From Candidatus Moanibacter sp. (lineage in GTDB: Bacteria > Verrucomicrobiota > Verrucomicrobiia > Opitutales > UBA2987), in NCBI GenBank assembly GCA_965215885.1, contig CBDCEW010000098.1, positions 1 through 64,000 of the forward strand: 64,000 bases of DNA, given 5' to 3'. Below, piece after piece: positions 52,250-62,810 of the stretch (within the stretch, counting starts at the first letter, position 1; each line of letters begins with the position of its first letter). A program made the translations under genes and the position numbers. The notes under the pieces are model-generated. The model saw only the letters and a list, made by a program, of their open reading frames with translations, had not been told where the DNA came from and did no database searches.

Positions 52250-52580
52250 ATGATTTCCTCCTTCATCCTGTGACCACCGTAAGGAACAGTGGTATGGCTA
52301 CAGCACCCGTGGGCCAACTTTTTCCGGTTTATATTCCACCCGAGGGCATCGCAATCTCATTCGTAGCTCATCCACGAAGAACATTAGCTCCCCGTTACCT
52401 CCAACCTCGCTCCAACACTTCCAGAATCCTGTAGTCTTGCATGCATGAATCAGACAGCCGTGAACATCGATCTTGTGGTCTATCGAGTCTGGTCTCCGTC
52501 TTCTTGCGAAGCCGGCTACATAGGTTTTGATAGTCGATCACGTTAACCACCCACTGCGCCAGGACAGGGAATGATCAATT

Positions 52581-54416
52581 TCAAAATGCCAGATCTGGTA
52601 GCATAAAAAACGGCAGGCGAGCGTAGACACCCCTCGGATCGTTGAGAGCACGCAGGAAAGGCAATTCTCTTTCTACTCTCAGTAGCCTTTCCACCAAAGA
52701 TTCGGATTCCTGGATGAGGGGCGGACGCTTACCTCCTCCAAGGATGACCGCCAGCCATTTTGAAAGGTCGGCCGACTCCGGGACCTCCACGATACTCCAG
52801 TCTTCTTTCAACCCACCGAGTTCGGCAGCTTCTTTGATGGCCGTTCCCAACCCACCAATTCTGTCGACTAACCCAACCTTTATGGCATCCGCACCTGTCC
52901 AGACCCGGCCTTGAGCGATCTGCTCTACTTCGAGTCGGGAAAGATCTCTACCCTTCTCCACTCTTGTGAGAAACTGTTCGTAGATAAATTCAGTAAAATC
53001 CTGGAAAAGCTCCATCTCACGCGATGTCTTAGGCCTGGTGATGCTGAAGATATCAGCGAAAGGAGATGTCTTCACCCCATCAAATGTCACTCCATGTGCT
53101 TTGGCTATCTCTTTGACGTTTGGCGCAATTCCGAACACTCCAATGGACCCTGTGATAGTAGCCGATTCCGCAAAAATGGTGTCGGCATAGGCCGATATCC
53201 AATAACCACCCGAAGCAGCGTAACCGCCCATCGACACAACGACCGGCTTCTCACTTTTAAGGAGGCGCACTTCCCTTTCAATGGTTTCGGTGGCAATGAC
53301 ACTTCCTCCTGGACTGTTCACACGTAAGACGACCGCCTTGACCTTGTCGTCGTTTCGCAATCGTCGCAGTGTTCGTGAGAAGCGGTTGCCTCCAACCTGA
53401 TCGTGCTCGCCCTCACCATCTACAATCTCACCTTCCAGGTAGACGACCGCGACTTTCTGCTTTCCGTCCCCACTTATCTTGCTAAAGATAGAATTCTCTT
53501 CTCTGGAATACTGAGACATTTCAATTTGGGCAAATCCCTCCGCATCTTCTTCAAGCGGACCGAGTTCGCTCAGTTCTTCGAGGACTTCGTCGAAATAGGC
53601 CAACCTGTCTACGAGACCGAATTGAACCGCCTGTTTTGCCTGGAAAATCCCGTACTCATCAGTCAATTCGTCCAGAGTTTCCCTGGCTATCTTTCTGTCT
53701 TTCGCGATATCTTCAAGAATCGTTGACCAGATCCCTTCGAGCCACACGGAAGTCTGGCGACGATTCTCATCGCTCATCCTGTCGCGTGTAAAAACCTCCC
53801 CGTAGGACTTGTACTTGCCGGCCTGAAAGATCTGCACGCCGATGCCATATTTCTCAAAAGCGTTTCCCAGGAATAAGAGATTAGCGGCCAGCCCATTAAT
53901 TCGTAGAAAACCAAACGGATTCAAGATGATTGAGTCCGCTGCCGAGGACAGATAGTAATCGCGTATGGTCGGCCCCACCAGGTATGCAACTACCGGCTTC
54001 CCCTGCTCCCTGAAACGCAAAATGGTTTCACGCAATTCAATTAGATTTGCGAAGTTAGAACCATAATTGAATGGCTTCAGGCTACCATGCAGGAAGAGAG
54101 CCGATATTCGGTCATCTCTGCCTGCCCGATCGATTGCATCGAGGGCTGCCTTAAGATTCAATTGGTGGGAGGGAGAACCTGAATAGGGTTGCCCCAGATA
54201 CCTCCACGGGGAGTGCGAACCGGGCGCATCCGATATATTGAGGGATAGATCGAAAACGAGCACGGAGTCATCTTTTAGGTCGACTTTCTGCCGGCCGAAT
54301 ATCACTCCAAATCCGAGAAACAAAATCAGGAGAAGGACGGAAAAAGCAAGGTAGGCCAAACATAAGGCACCGAATTGCTTGAACGCAACTTTGAGGAAAT
54401 CTTTCATAGCGCACAT
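52581..54416 (-). CDS. sppA: Signal peptide peptidase SppA (67K type)
   Basis: AGKYKS, LRVNSPGGS, SMGGYAASGGYWIS, TITGSIGV, AQGRVWTG. Confidence 0.95.
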   Translation of the reverse strand: MCAMKDFLKVAFKQFGALCLAYLAFSVLLLILFLGFGVIFGRQKVDLKDDSVLVFDLSLNISDAPGSHSPWRYLGQPYSGSPSHQLNLKAALDAIDRAGRDDRISALFLHGSLKPFNYGSNFANLIELRETILRFREQGKPVVAYLVGPTIRDYYLSSAADSIILNPFGFLRINGLAANLLFLGNAFEKYGIGVQIFQAGKYKSYGEVFTRDRMSDENRRQTSVWLEGIWSTILEDIAKDRKIARETLDELTDEYGIFQAKQAVQFGLVDRLAYFDEVLEELSELGPLEEDAEGFAQIEMSQYSREENSIFSKISGDGKQKVAVVYLEGEIVDGEGEHDQVGGNRFSRTLRRLRNDDKVKAVVLRVNSPGGSVIATETIEREVRLLKSEKPVVVSMGGYAASGGYWISAYADTIFAESATITGSIGVFGIAPNVKEIAKAHGVTFDGVKTSPFADIFSITRPKTSREMELFQDFTEFIYEQFLTRVEKGRDLSRLEVEQIAQGRVWTGADAIKVGLVDRIGGLGTAIKEAAELGGLKEDWSIVEVPESADLSKWLAVILGGGKRPPLIQESESLVERLLRVERELPFLRALNDPRGVYARLPFFMLPDLAF

Positions 54417-54543
54417 GGATTAACTGCGATACTGAAAAGGACAAGCACTATAAATCTCGCTTGTCTTGAGTCTCTTTCTCCTAGTATATATCACGAGAGA
54501 TGGAATGCAGCCATAGACCCAACAGAACTCGCTTTGAGGCTTC

Positions 54544-55263
54544 ATGAGGAGTAGCGCTAAAGTAATTCTTGCTCTAGTTCTGATCGCGGCCGCATCCTCG
54601 GGATTGTATATCTGGCAGTCGGGCCGCCATCAGAAAGCACTCGATCGTGAACGCGTCCAGTCGGAAGAGTGGGAACGCCAACTGGAGCGAGCTGCAAACG
54701 AAAATGCCGATTTACTTGAGAAAGCGGAACGCAATGTCGAACGCGAAGCGGAGGCTCGGCGTCAGGCTGAAGATGCCAGACGGATGGCTGAACTTAAGGC
54801 GAAGGAGGAAGAAGAAAGGCGCCAGAAACGCATCACCGAGCTCAATGAACGATTAATTGAGGAAGCGGACGAGCGGCGAAAAGCGGAAGCTTCCCTGGTA
54901 GAACTGGCGGAAAAGATGAAGGCCCTGGAGGCGGCTCAGATAGAAGCGCAAGAGAAACTATCGATGCTGGCGGAAGCTTATGAAGGGGGAGAAGATATTG
55001 CCGGTTCCTTGGAGCAGTTGGAACGCATACGCGAAGAACTGAAAAACAAGGAGCAAGTCCTTGCGCAGATGGCTTCGGACAAGCGGGAATTGGAAGAGCG
55101 CTACGAAGAGGCCTTGCAACGCCAAGTCGCAACCGGGGAGGAAATCATCCGTGAAAGCAGCAAAGGCGATCGTCCGGCCGACCTGCTTTCTCTCATTCGT
55201 GCTTTGCTTGAGGCTCTTGGAATTAAGAAGGGTAATAAGAAGCCCAACGAGAATATTCGATGA
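54544..55263 (+). CDS. Membrane-anchored coiled-coil protein
   Basis: N-terminal TM followed by E/R/K/A-rich heptads. Confidence 0.8.
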   Translation: MRSSAKVILALVLIAAASSGLYIWQSGRHQKALDRERVQSEEWERQLERAANENADLLEKAERNVEREAEARRQAEDARRMAELKAKEEEERRQKRITELNERLIEEADERRKAEASLVELAEKMKALEAAQIEAQEKLSMLAEAYEGGEDIAGSLEQLERIREELKNKEQVLAQMASDKRELEERYEEALQRQVATGEEIIRESSKGDRPADLLSLIRALLEALGIKKGNKKPNENIR

Positions 55264-55507
55264 GGAAAATGCGAAACGGAGTACCAACAAAGCCGATTTG
55301 ATGCTTCCCCAAAACGTCTACAATCTGTTCCCGCCGAGCGGGACGAGGAAGAATGACGAAGCAATCCACGCTTTCGACACTCCAAGAATCCCGATTGCCA
55401 CTTCCACCGCATCGAGTTCACAGGGATAAGGGAGTAGTGACGCAGAGGTACTCATGATGGATGCGTTGGAGGGAAAGTCCGATATATTGACGGTTTGATG
55501 CTCGAGT

Positions 55508-56647
55508 ATGGGATTGAAGTTAGATTCTCGGCTTTCTTACGGTAACGCGCGCCGTATATCGATTACGGATCGTAGCGAACAACCAGAAGTAGCCTTTGCC
55601 GCTGAACCTCACCGAGGTCCGGAATGCCTCTGGTTCTGTTTTCGTCTCGTTCATACTTCCACGGAATCGGATAAGGCCCGGAAAGTAAAACTGGTCCTGA
55701 AATACTTCCAAAATCTTACGGGAAGCGATGATCCTCGGACGTGCCGGCCTGTCCTCAGAAACTCGGATCAAAACTGGATGCGCATGAAACCGGGGAAGTT
55801 GGAAATCGGGCCTGATGGACAGGTTAGTGTTACGTGGTCGATCGATTACCCGACGAAGTATACCGATATCGCTTTCTGTTATCCCTACGGTCGTCAGGAA
55901 GTTGAAAATCTGTGGAAGAAATCCCGTAAATATTGGCGATCGGACACCATCGGTTTGAGCCAGAAAGGGCGTCCTCTGGATCGCCTGAGTAACGATTATG
56001 GTGGAGCCGATTGCGAACGGCCCGGCCTCTACTTAATCGCGAGGCAGGATCCAGGAGAGACTCCTGGATCCTGGGTGTTGGATGGGATTCTTCAACAGTT
56101 GATGCGCGTTAGGAACAACCCCTGTCTGGTATGGGCACTGCCTCTGGCCGATATCGACGGTATTCTCTCCGGGGACTATGGAAGAGGTGGGGATCAATAC
56201 GAAATGAGTAATTCCTGGCGCCTACCGGCGAAACGTCACGAAACACGAGTATATCAGCAAGACATAGAGCGCTGGAAAGCTCGCTGCAAACCCCTTTTAG
56301 CGATCGATTTTCAGGCGCCAGGAGCTTGTGAAACAGAAGGTGTCCACTGCCGGATAAAGCGTGCGCAAGACAATCCCAAATCAGATAAGACTGCCCACAA
56401 ATGGGCAAATATCTTCAAAGATGCACTGTTACCGGAGTTTGCCGCCGCCGATTTTGAGAGAGTGCCTTCTGAGGAGACCTCATCCCAAGCTTCCGATTTT
56501 GCCTCCTTTTTTAATCAGAGGCTGGGAATATGCGCCCTTACGATTATGGTTCCGTATGCCATCGCGGGCACCCACCTGCTGACCTGTAAGAGCTATCGCG
56601 AAGTGGGCAAGTCAATCGCCAACGCCATCATCAAACGAGTGCGTTAG
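55508..56647 (+). CDS. M14 (cytosolic carboxypeptidase-like) protein with degenerate zinc ligands
   Basis: WFCFR N-domain, AFCYPY, IG.S.KGRPL, ARQDPGE in place of ARQHPGE. Confidence 0.75.
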   Translation: MGLKLDSRLSYGNARRISITDRSEQPEVAFAAEPHRGPECLWFCFRLVHTSTESDKARKVKLVLKYFQNLTGSDDPRTCRPVLRNSDQNWMRMKPGKLEIGPDGQVSVTWSIDYPTKYTDIAFCYPYGRQEVENLWKKSRKYWRSDTIGLSQKGRPLDRLSNDYGGADCERPGLYLIARQDPGETPGSWVLDGILQQLMRVRNNPCLVWALPLADIDGILSGDYGRGGDQYEMSNSWRLPAKRHETRVYQQDIERWKARCKPLLAIDFQAPGACETEGVHCRIKRAQDNPKSDKTAHKWANIFKDALLPEFAAADFERVPSEETSSQASDFASFFNQRLGICALTIMVPYAIAGTHLLTCKSYREVGKSIANAIIKRVR

Positions 56648-56798
56648 GGTGACATGGTCAATTCGCGACTGGGAAAGGATTCTGAACAGAAGGAAACAGA
56701 GGGAAACGGAGAAGAGAGGAAGTATTTTCTGAGAAAATCTGAAAGATAGGGGCGCCTCTTCAAGCTGAAATCCCGGACGAGGCTTATGGGCAGGTGCT

Positions 56799-57035
56799 TG
56801 TTTAGCGTTTCTGAGGCTGCCCCGGTCTTGTGCCGGGGTGGCGCACGGTATACAGCTACAATACGCGATTGCCACCGCGCACTCCTCCGCCGGTCCTTTC
56901 TTGCCCTAGCCGAAACAGGGCTAGGGCAAGAAAGGACCGGCGGAGGAGTTGATAGAGGTACACGGTTTATAGCAGGGAACGCGCACCACCCCGGCACAAG
57001 ACCGGGGCAGCCGGCAATCAAAGGCACGCTAAACA
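56799..57035. repeat. Nested cruciform/REPIN-like element
   Basis: Perfect 27-bp IR 56815-56841/56986-57012 around perfect 31-bp hairpin 56881-56911/56919-56949. Confidence 0.9.
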
Positions 57036-57069
57036 CGTCCGAAGCTTTAGCAAAGGAGCACTTCCATCT

Positions 57070-58586
57070 ATGAAGACCGAATACGACGTGATCATAATGG
57101 GCGGCGGTGGGAGCGGTCTGGCCGCCGCGGTAAGCGCAGCTGAAGAGGGGCTGAGTGTGCTTCTCCTGGAGAAGCTTTCGGTCCTCGGTGGCACTACGGG
57201 AATTGCTGTAGGATCCTTTACAGCCAGCCGGACATCCCTGCAGCGCCGGCAAAAGATCGAGGACAGTCCGGCCGAGCACATCGAGGATGCCGGAAAGTTC
57301 GCTGATTGGGAAACCGAAGGAAAAAATAATGCGCCGCTGCGAAGCTACTTTCTCTCTCAGGCCGCGGATACTTATGAATGGCTCGTTGGGATGGGTTTGT
57401 CGTTTCACGGTCCAAGTCCCGAACCTCCGAATCGTGTGCCCCGTATGCATAACGTCGTACCGAATGCCAAGGCCTACATCGCTATCCTGCAGAGGAGATT
57501 TCTCGCACTGAACGGAACCATTTACTGCAATGCCAACGTAAAGAGCCTCCATCGGGAGCGCGAAAGGGTAGTTGAACTGGAGGTCGAGATGGCGAGCGAG
57601 ACAGTCCGATTCAGGGCTAAACGCGGCATCGTTCTGGCGGCGGGAGATTATGCCAATTCAAAGTCTCTCATCGCCAGTCACAAGGGGGAAGAATTCGCCG
57701 ACATTGAAGGTATCAATCCCCACTCCAGGGGCGACGGTCACCGCTTAGTGGATGCCGTCGGCGGCCGGTTGATCAACATGGAAGTAACCTGGGGACCGGA
57801 GATACGTTTTGTGCCTCCGGAAAAAAACCTTTTGTACAGCTTCTTCCCACCCACGGTCTCGCCGCGAGAATGACCGGGCTGCTTCTTCCCCTGGTTCCCA
57901 AGCTGCTCATCGATTATATCATAAAGCGATTACTCGTAACATGGCAGCACCCCGAAGAATCGCTATTTAAAGATGGGGCGATTCTGATAAATGCGGAAGG
58001 CAACAGATTCTGCAATGAGCGGGAGTTTCCTAAACGCGAAATTACTCTCGCCAGGCAACCCGGCAGGATCGCCTATATTCTCCTGGATAAGCGATTGATC
58101 GAGCGTTACTCCGAATGGCCTCACTATATTTCCACTGCTCCCGAAATCGCGTATGCCTACGTGGATGATTATCTTCGCTTGAGAAGAGACGTGACCCACT
58201 CAGGGGACAGTCTCGCTGAAATCGCTCGTCTCAGAAAGATGCCGGTTGAAAACCTGATCGCAACCGTCGATGCCTTCAATGATGCTGTTGGGAATGAAAC
58301 GCCCGATCGATTCGAACGTTCAGGCGATGAATATCCGCTCGAAGGCGACAGATGGGTATTATTGGGGCCTGCCAAGGCCTATTTCACTATCACTGAAGGC
58401 GGTGCAAGTATTAATGAAAATATGCAGGTTCTTGACAATTCCGGGAGTCCTATCGGAGGGCTTTATGCAGTCGGCTGTAATGGATTGGGAGGACAGATCC
58501 TCTTTGGTCACGGTTTGCACATCGCGTGGGCAATGACGAGCGGGCGCCTGGTGGGAAAAGTTCTTGCCGATGAGGAAGACGGGTAG
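57070..58586 (+). CDS. FAD-binding oxidoreductase (fumarate reductase/KstD-like), split by a -1 frameshift at A7 57821-57827
   Basis: GGGGSGL and LAAGD in ORF1; NAEGNRF.NE, TEGG, GLYAVG in ORF2; one extra A joins the frames. Confidence 0.8.
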
Positions 58587-58895
58587 CCCCCATATTGCAG
58601 GAGGTCTCTCGTCTTCCATCCCCCACGCTTGCTGTTGGGTCAGTTGAGGATTCGGGCTACACCAAATGACATTGAACTTCAACGAATCCCCCGGGCTCGC
58701 CCCGGGGATCGTTAGGTTTCCAAGCCACTGCAGAGCAGCCAGGCACATTTTATTTACTGTAAGATGATTAGAAAATGAGAGCGATGACTAAACCCATTGA
58801 AACAGGGAGCGAAGGAGCGGGATCGGTTGACTGTCGAGTCCTGATGAGAAGTTGACACAAACTAATGGGATTCGGGTGTCGGAATTCAGGTTTCA

Positions 58896-60155
58896 ACATC
58901 GTCGTAAGCCTCGTCGTCAGCTTTGTCGAGATCAATCTAACCGATCTCCTGACCCTTGGTCGTAGGCTTGGTCGGGGAAGGATCGACTGAAAAGTACGAC
59001 GAAGTTGACGACGAAGGTTTCCTTGCGGGTGGAGGAAGCGCTCCCAAACTTAACCGTAAGCTTCGGCGTAAGCTTAGTCGAGCGAATGACCGGAAAGTAC
59101 GACGAAGTTTACGACAAAGCTCGCGACAAAGTTTAGAACATCGAAGACCGAAGGTTCCCCTATTTCGATGTTGAATGTTCGACGTTCGCAATCGTAATTT
59201 CACACTGACATCGTCCAGCTATGGCATCTCTGTGTGTCTCCCTACTACAATCAGACAATTTCTTGTTTTCTAAGCAAGGTTTGGAGAAGAAGAGACTGAT
59301 ATTCAATGTATTGTGATCGACAAGGTTCGGGACGAGGTTACTACGTAAATCGGAGCCACCTTCTCAATTCGATCAAATAGGTCTTCAATGTAATCGGATT
59401 CGGCACGCTAACCGCAGGCTCGCTCGGAATTCAGCGGAGCAAACCTCGTCCCGAACCTTGTCCGTTTGGTTACGGCTTCGCTGCGCTAAGCATGATTGTG
59501 GTTCCCATCGAGCGTCATAGCCGCCAACCGCGCTCGGGTATCTGGTGGGACGTCTTCGGCGCCGAGGTGACGCACAACGACACGACCAGGAAGCTGGTGG
59601 ATGAGCACGAGGAAGGGCGGCAGGGACAACGTCTGTATTGGTAACCTGAAGGCACGACCGAGCAAGAGTGACATTTCATCGACCTACAGTGTTTGCTCGC
59701 TGTTCCTCCAGTCCGATGTCAGGTCACGACAAAGCTCGCGACGAAGCTTACGACAATGGTTCCCTTACGGGTGGAGGAAGCTCTCTCCAATCTTTGTCGC
59801 GAGCCTCGTCGTAAGCCTAATCGAATGAGCGACCGAATTCCACGACAAAGCTCGCGACGAAGCTTACGACAATGGTTCCCTTCCGGGTGGAGGAAGTTCC
59901 CTCCAAACTTTGTCGCGAGCCTCGTCGGAAGCCTAATCGAAAGAGCGACCGAATTTCACGACAAAGCTCGCGACGAAGCTGACGACAAAGGGCCCATACG
60001 GGTAGAAAAAGTTCCCACCAAACTTAATCGTAAGCTTAGTCGAGCGAATGACCGGAAAGTACGACGAAGTTGACGACAAAGCTCGCGACAAAGTTTACGA
60101 CGAAGGTTCCCTGACGGGTGGAGAAACTCCCACCAAACTTAATCGTAAGCTTCGT
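58896..60155. repeat. BIME-like arrays built from 12-mers (cgacaaagctcg/cgacgaagctta), 116-bp period
   Basis: Units start at 59726, 59842, 59958 and ~60061; a related block at 58896-59135. Confidence 0.9.
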
Positions 60156-60166
60156 CCCGCTCAGCG

Positions 60167-61772
60167 CATACGCGTAAACCTTATTTTCGCAACTTAGTCA
60201 GATTCAAAAACTTGCGAGGTATTTTGCGGCGGAGTATGAGGGTGTCTCTATCCTCGAGGTTCCACTCCATTTGTTCGCCCTTTTCTATTTGCTTCGTTTC
60301 GACCACAGCGGTGAGGAAATTCGCAGTTGAGCGAGTGCATTTTGGCCGGGTTATCTTCTCTACTTTTACCGTCTACCCCATTTTTTTTCACTTTGGCAGC
60401 ATTTTATACTGTACATTCGTTCATATATAGGATTTATCCTTCGGATGCAAAGTATAAAAAAAGCTGATTGTATCCGTCAAACCTTCCGTAAGTTGAACCT
60501 CACAGCCCTCGCTAAACAGAGTGGTTTTAGAGAGAGGAAATCGCGCAAGATCTCCCCTCTGAACTTTGTTTTGGCTTTGCTGGCGATGGCTTCTAAGGGG
60601 GCCTTGTCCCTTGGCAAAGAAGCCGAGCTTATTGGATTCTTAGCCAACCGCACCATTTCCAGACAAGCGGTCCAAAAGTGCGCCAAAAAAGCCACCGCTT
60701 TTATGACCTTAGTGCTCCTGAGGCTTTTAGAACTTAAAGCTTATGGGCCTGTGGGCAGAGCTGTTCCAAATTGCATGAGGAGCTTTGAACGGGTTCTCAT
60801 TGCCGACAGCACTTCGATTGGCTTGCCTAAGGTCCTGGCCCCCTTCTTCCCCGGAGCGTCCAATCAGACAGGCTCCAAACAGGCTCAACTGAAGATTCAG
60901 GCCTATTACGATCTGCGCAATGAATCCTTCGTTGACTTCAGCCTCAGTAGCTTCCGAAAAAACGATCAGGCTGCTTCCAAAGACATTCTCGCTCTCGCTC
61001 AACCCAACGACTTGATCCTGCGCGACTTAGGCTATTTTGTCCTCGATGTCTTTAAGCAACTCGATCAGCGCGGCTGCTTCTTTGTGAGTCGTTTGAAAAC
61101 CGGCACTTGCCTTTTAGCCAACGAAGGCGATGAAGAGCTCGATCTACGCAAACTTTTACGTGGCCAAAAGCTTCTCGATATGCCCGTTCGGGTGGGTAAA
61201 AAAGCCAAGCTTCCGGTTCGTCTGATCGCCGTCAAACTCCCTCAGAAGGTGGCCCATAAACGCCGCCGCGAGCATAGACAAAACCGCGACAATAGACTTC
61301 GATATACCAGCCGCACCAGCTTCCTTCTCGGTTTCCAAATCTTTATTACAAACCTCCATCAGAAAGACTTTAGCCCTAAGCAGATTCTGAGCTTTTACGG
61401 GCTTCGCTGGCGCATCGAAATTTTCTTTAAGGCCTTTAAGCAACATCTTAATCTCGGTCAGGTCAAAGAGACTACTCCCTACCAGGTTGAGCTTCTTATC
61501 TACGCCCGTCTCATCCTCATTACCCACTTACTCAACTTCGTCTATGGTCCCCTTAGACACTATTCGAATACCAGTTTGTCCTCTCCTCTGAGTATCCTTA
61601 AATTCTCCTACTGGTTTGGCTTCTTTGCTCCCTACTTCTTCATCCTCTCTCACATTCCCAAAGATCAGATCATCCCCCGATGGCTCAAACAAATCCCCAA
61701 ACACTGCACCTATGAAAAGCGTTCTCGACTTGATTTCCTCTCTTGTTTCTTCTCCTTAGGTTAACGCAAATG
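60167..61772 (+). mobile_element. IS4-family insertion sequence (1606 bp)
   Basis: IRs CATACGCGTAAACC/GGTTAACGCAAATG; 9-bp duplication CGCTCAGCG at 60158-60166 and 61773-61781. Confidence 0.95.
60445..61764 (+). CDS. IS4-family transposase
   Basis: IADST, LRDLGYF, Y.LRWRIEIFFK (YREK signature). Confidence 0.95.
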   Translation: MQSIKKADCIRQTFRKLNLTALAKQSGFRERKSRKISPLNFVLALLAMASKGALSLGKEAELIGFLANRTISRQAVQKCAKKATAFMTLVLLRLLELKAYGPVGRAVPNCMRSFERVLIADSTSIGLPKVLAPFFPGASNQTGSKQAQLKIQAYYDLRNESFVDFSLSSFRKNDQAASKDILALAQPNDLILRDLGYFVLDVFKQLDQRGCFFVSRLKTGTCLLANEGDEELDLRKLLRGQKLLDMPVRVGKKAKLPVRLIAVKLPQKVAHKRRREHRQNRDNRLRYTSRTSFLLGFQIFITNLHQKDFSPKQILSFYGLRWRIEIFFKAFKQHLNLGQVKETTPYQVELLIYARLILITHLLNFVYGPLRHYSNTSLSSPLSILKFSYWFGFFAPYFFILSHIPKDQIIPRWLKQIPKHCTYEKRSRLDFLSCFFSLG

Positions 61773-61844
61773 CGCTCAGCGGGATTGCGGCCGAAGGCTA
61801 CCTTAGGTTCATGGCGAAGAAATGGTTGAGAATTTGGCGAGAGG

Positions 61845-62810
61845 ATGTTTACTAATGTCATTCCCAACGAAATGAACCAGGGCTTGAAATTCTCCGGCGC
61901 TATTCCGGCCAATCTCCTCCCCTTCAAAGAGGATTACTCGATCGATGAGCACAACTATCGCAGGCATCTCTCCTGGTTGGCGACGGTGGAAGGAGTGGAT
62001 GCCATTGTATGCAACGGTCATGCCGCGGAAGTCTCCTCGCTGAATTTGAACGAGCGGCGTGAAGCTCTCGCGTTGGCCCTGGAGGAAGTCGGTGACCGCG
62101 TATCGGTCATTTGCGGCATCTTCACCGACAATACACTGGAGGCAGCCAAAATGGCTAAAGAAGCGGAGTCCGAAGGCGCTTCCGGACTGCTTATTTTTCC
62201 CCCTACCCTCTTTATGTGGGGCGCCCAACTGCGGCCCGAAATGCCGTTGATTCATTTCCAGACAATCTCCCAGGCAACCTCTCTGCCTTTAATCGTTTTC
62301 GAGTACCCCCCTTCTTCGGGATTGGGTTACAAACCGGAGACTCTTGCACAATTAGCGGAGATTGAAAATGTCGTGGCTGTCAAGGATTGGAGTAATGACA
62401 TGGTCGCCTACGAACGCAACCTGCGCGCCCTGCGGGCTACCGGCCTTCCCGTGGCTATGCTGAGCAGTTTCACTATGTCTCTCTTTTCGAGTTATGTGCT
62501 CGGTGCGGATGGGTCCATATCCGGGATGGGGAGTGTCACCGCCGACCTCCATGTTGAGTTATTTGAGGCGGTTCAGGCGGAAGATCTCGAAAGAGGGCTC
62601 GCGCTCAACGATCGCCTGGATCCCCTCGTTCGTGTATTTTACGCTCCACCTTTCGTAGATATGCACAACCGCATGAAGGAAGCCCTTGCTCTCCTCGGCA
62701 GAATCGATAACGCGGTTGTCCGCCCTCCCCTCCGGAAAATCGGCGAAGCCGAAAGAGAAGGGATAAGAAGAGCCCTGATCGAGGCCCGGCTTCTTGACTC
62801 GGCTGTTTGA
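61845..62810 (+). CDS. Dihydrodipicolinate synthase (DapA) family aldolase
   Basis: PF..D.SID, NGHAAE, catalytic Tyr (FEYP) and Lys (AVKDWS); substrate unknown. Confidence 0.85.
   Translation: MFTNVIPNEMNQGLKFSGAIPANLLPFKEDYSIDEHNYRRHLSWLATVEGVDAIVCNGHAAEVSSLNLNERREALALALEEVGDRVSVICGIFTDNTLEAAKMAKEAESEGASGLLIFPPTLFMWGAQLRPEMPLIHFQTISQATSLPLIVFEYPPSSGLGYKPETLAQLAEIENVVAVKDWSNDMVAYERNLRALRATGLPVAMLSSFTMSLFSSYVLGADGSISGMGSVTADLHVELFEAVQAEDLERGLALNDRLDPLVRVFYAPPFVDMHNRMKEALALLGRIDNAVVRPPLRKIGEAEREGIRRALIEARLLDSAV

Noticed and set aside
3580..60073. Antisense and repeat-derived ORFs in the track (for example 3580-4185, 8009-8296, 22508-23302, 56644-57552, 59693-60073)
   Set aside because: They overlap well-supported genes on the opposite strand or translate repeats, with no recognisable motifs.
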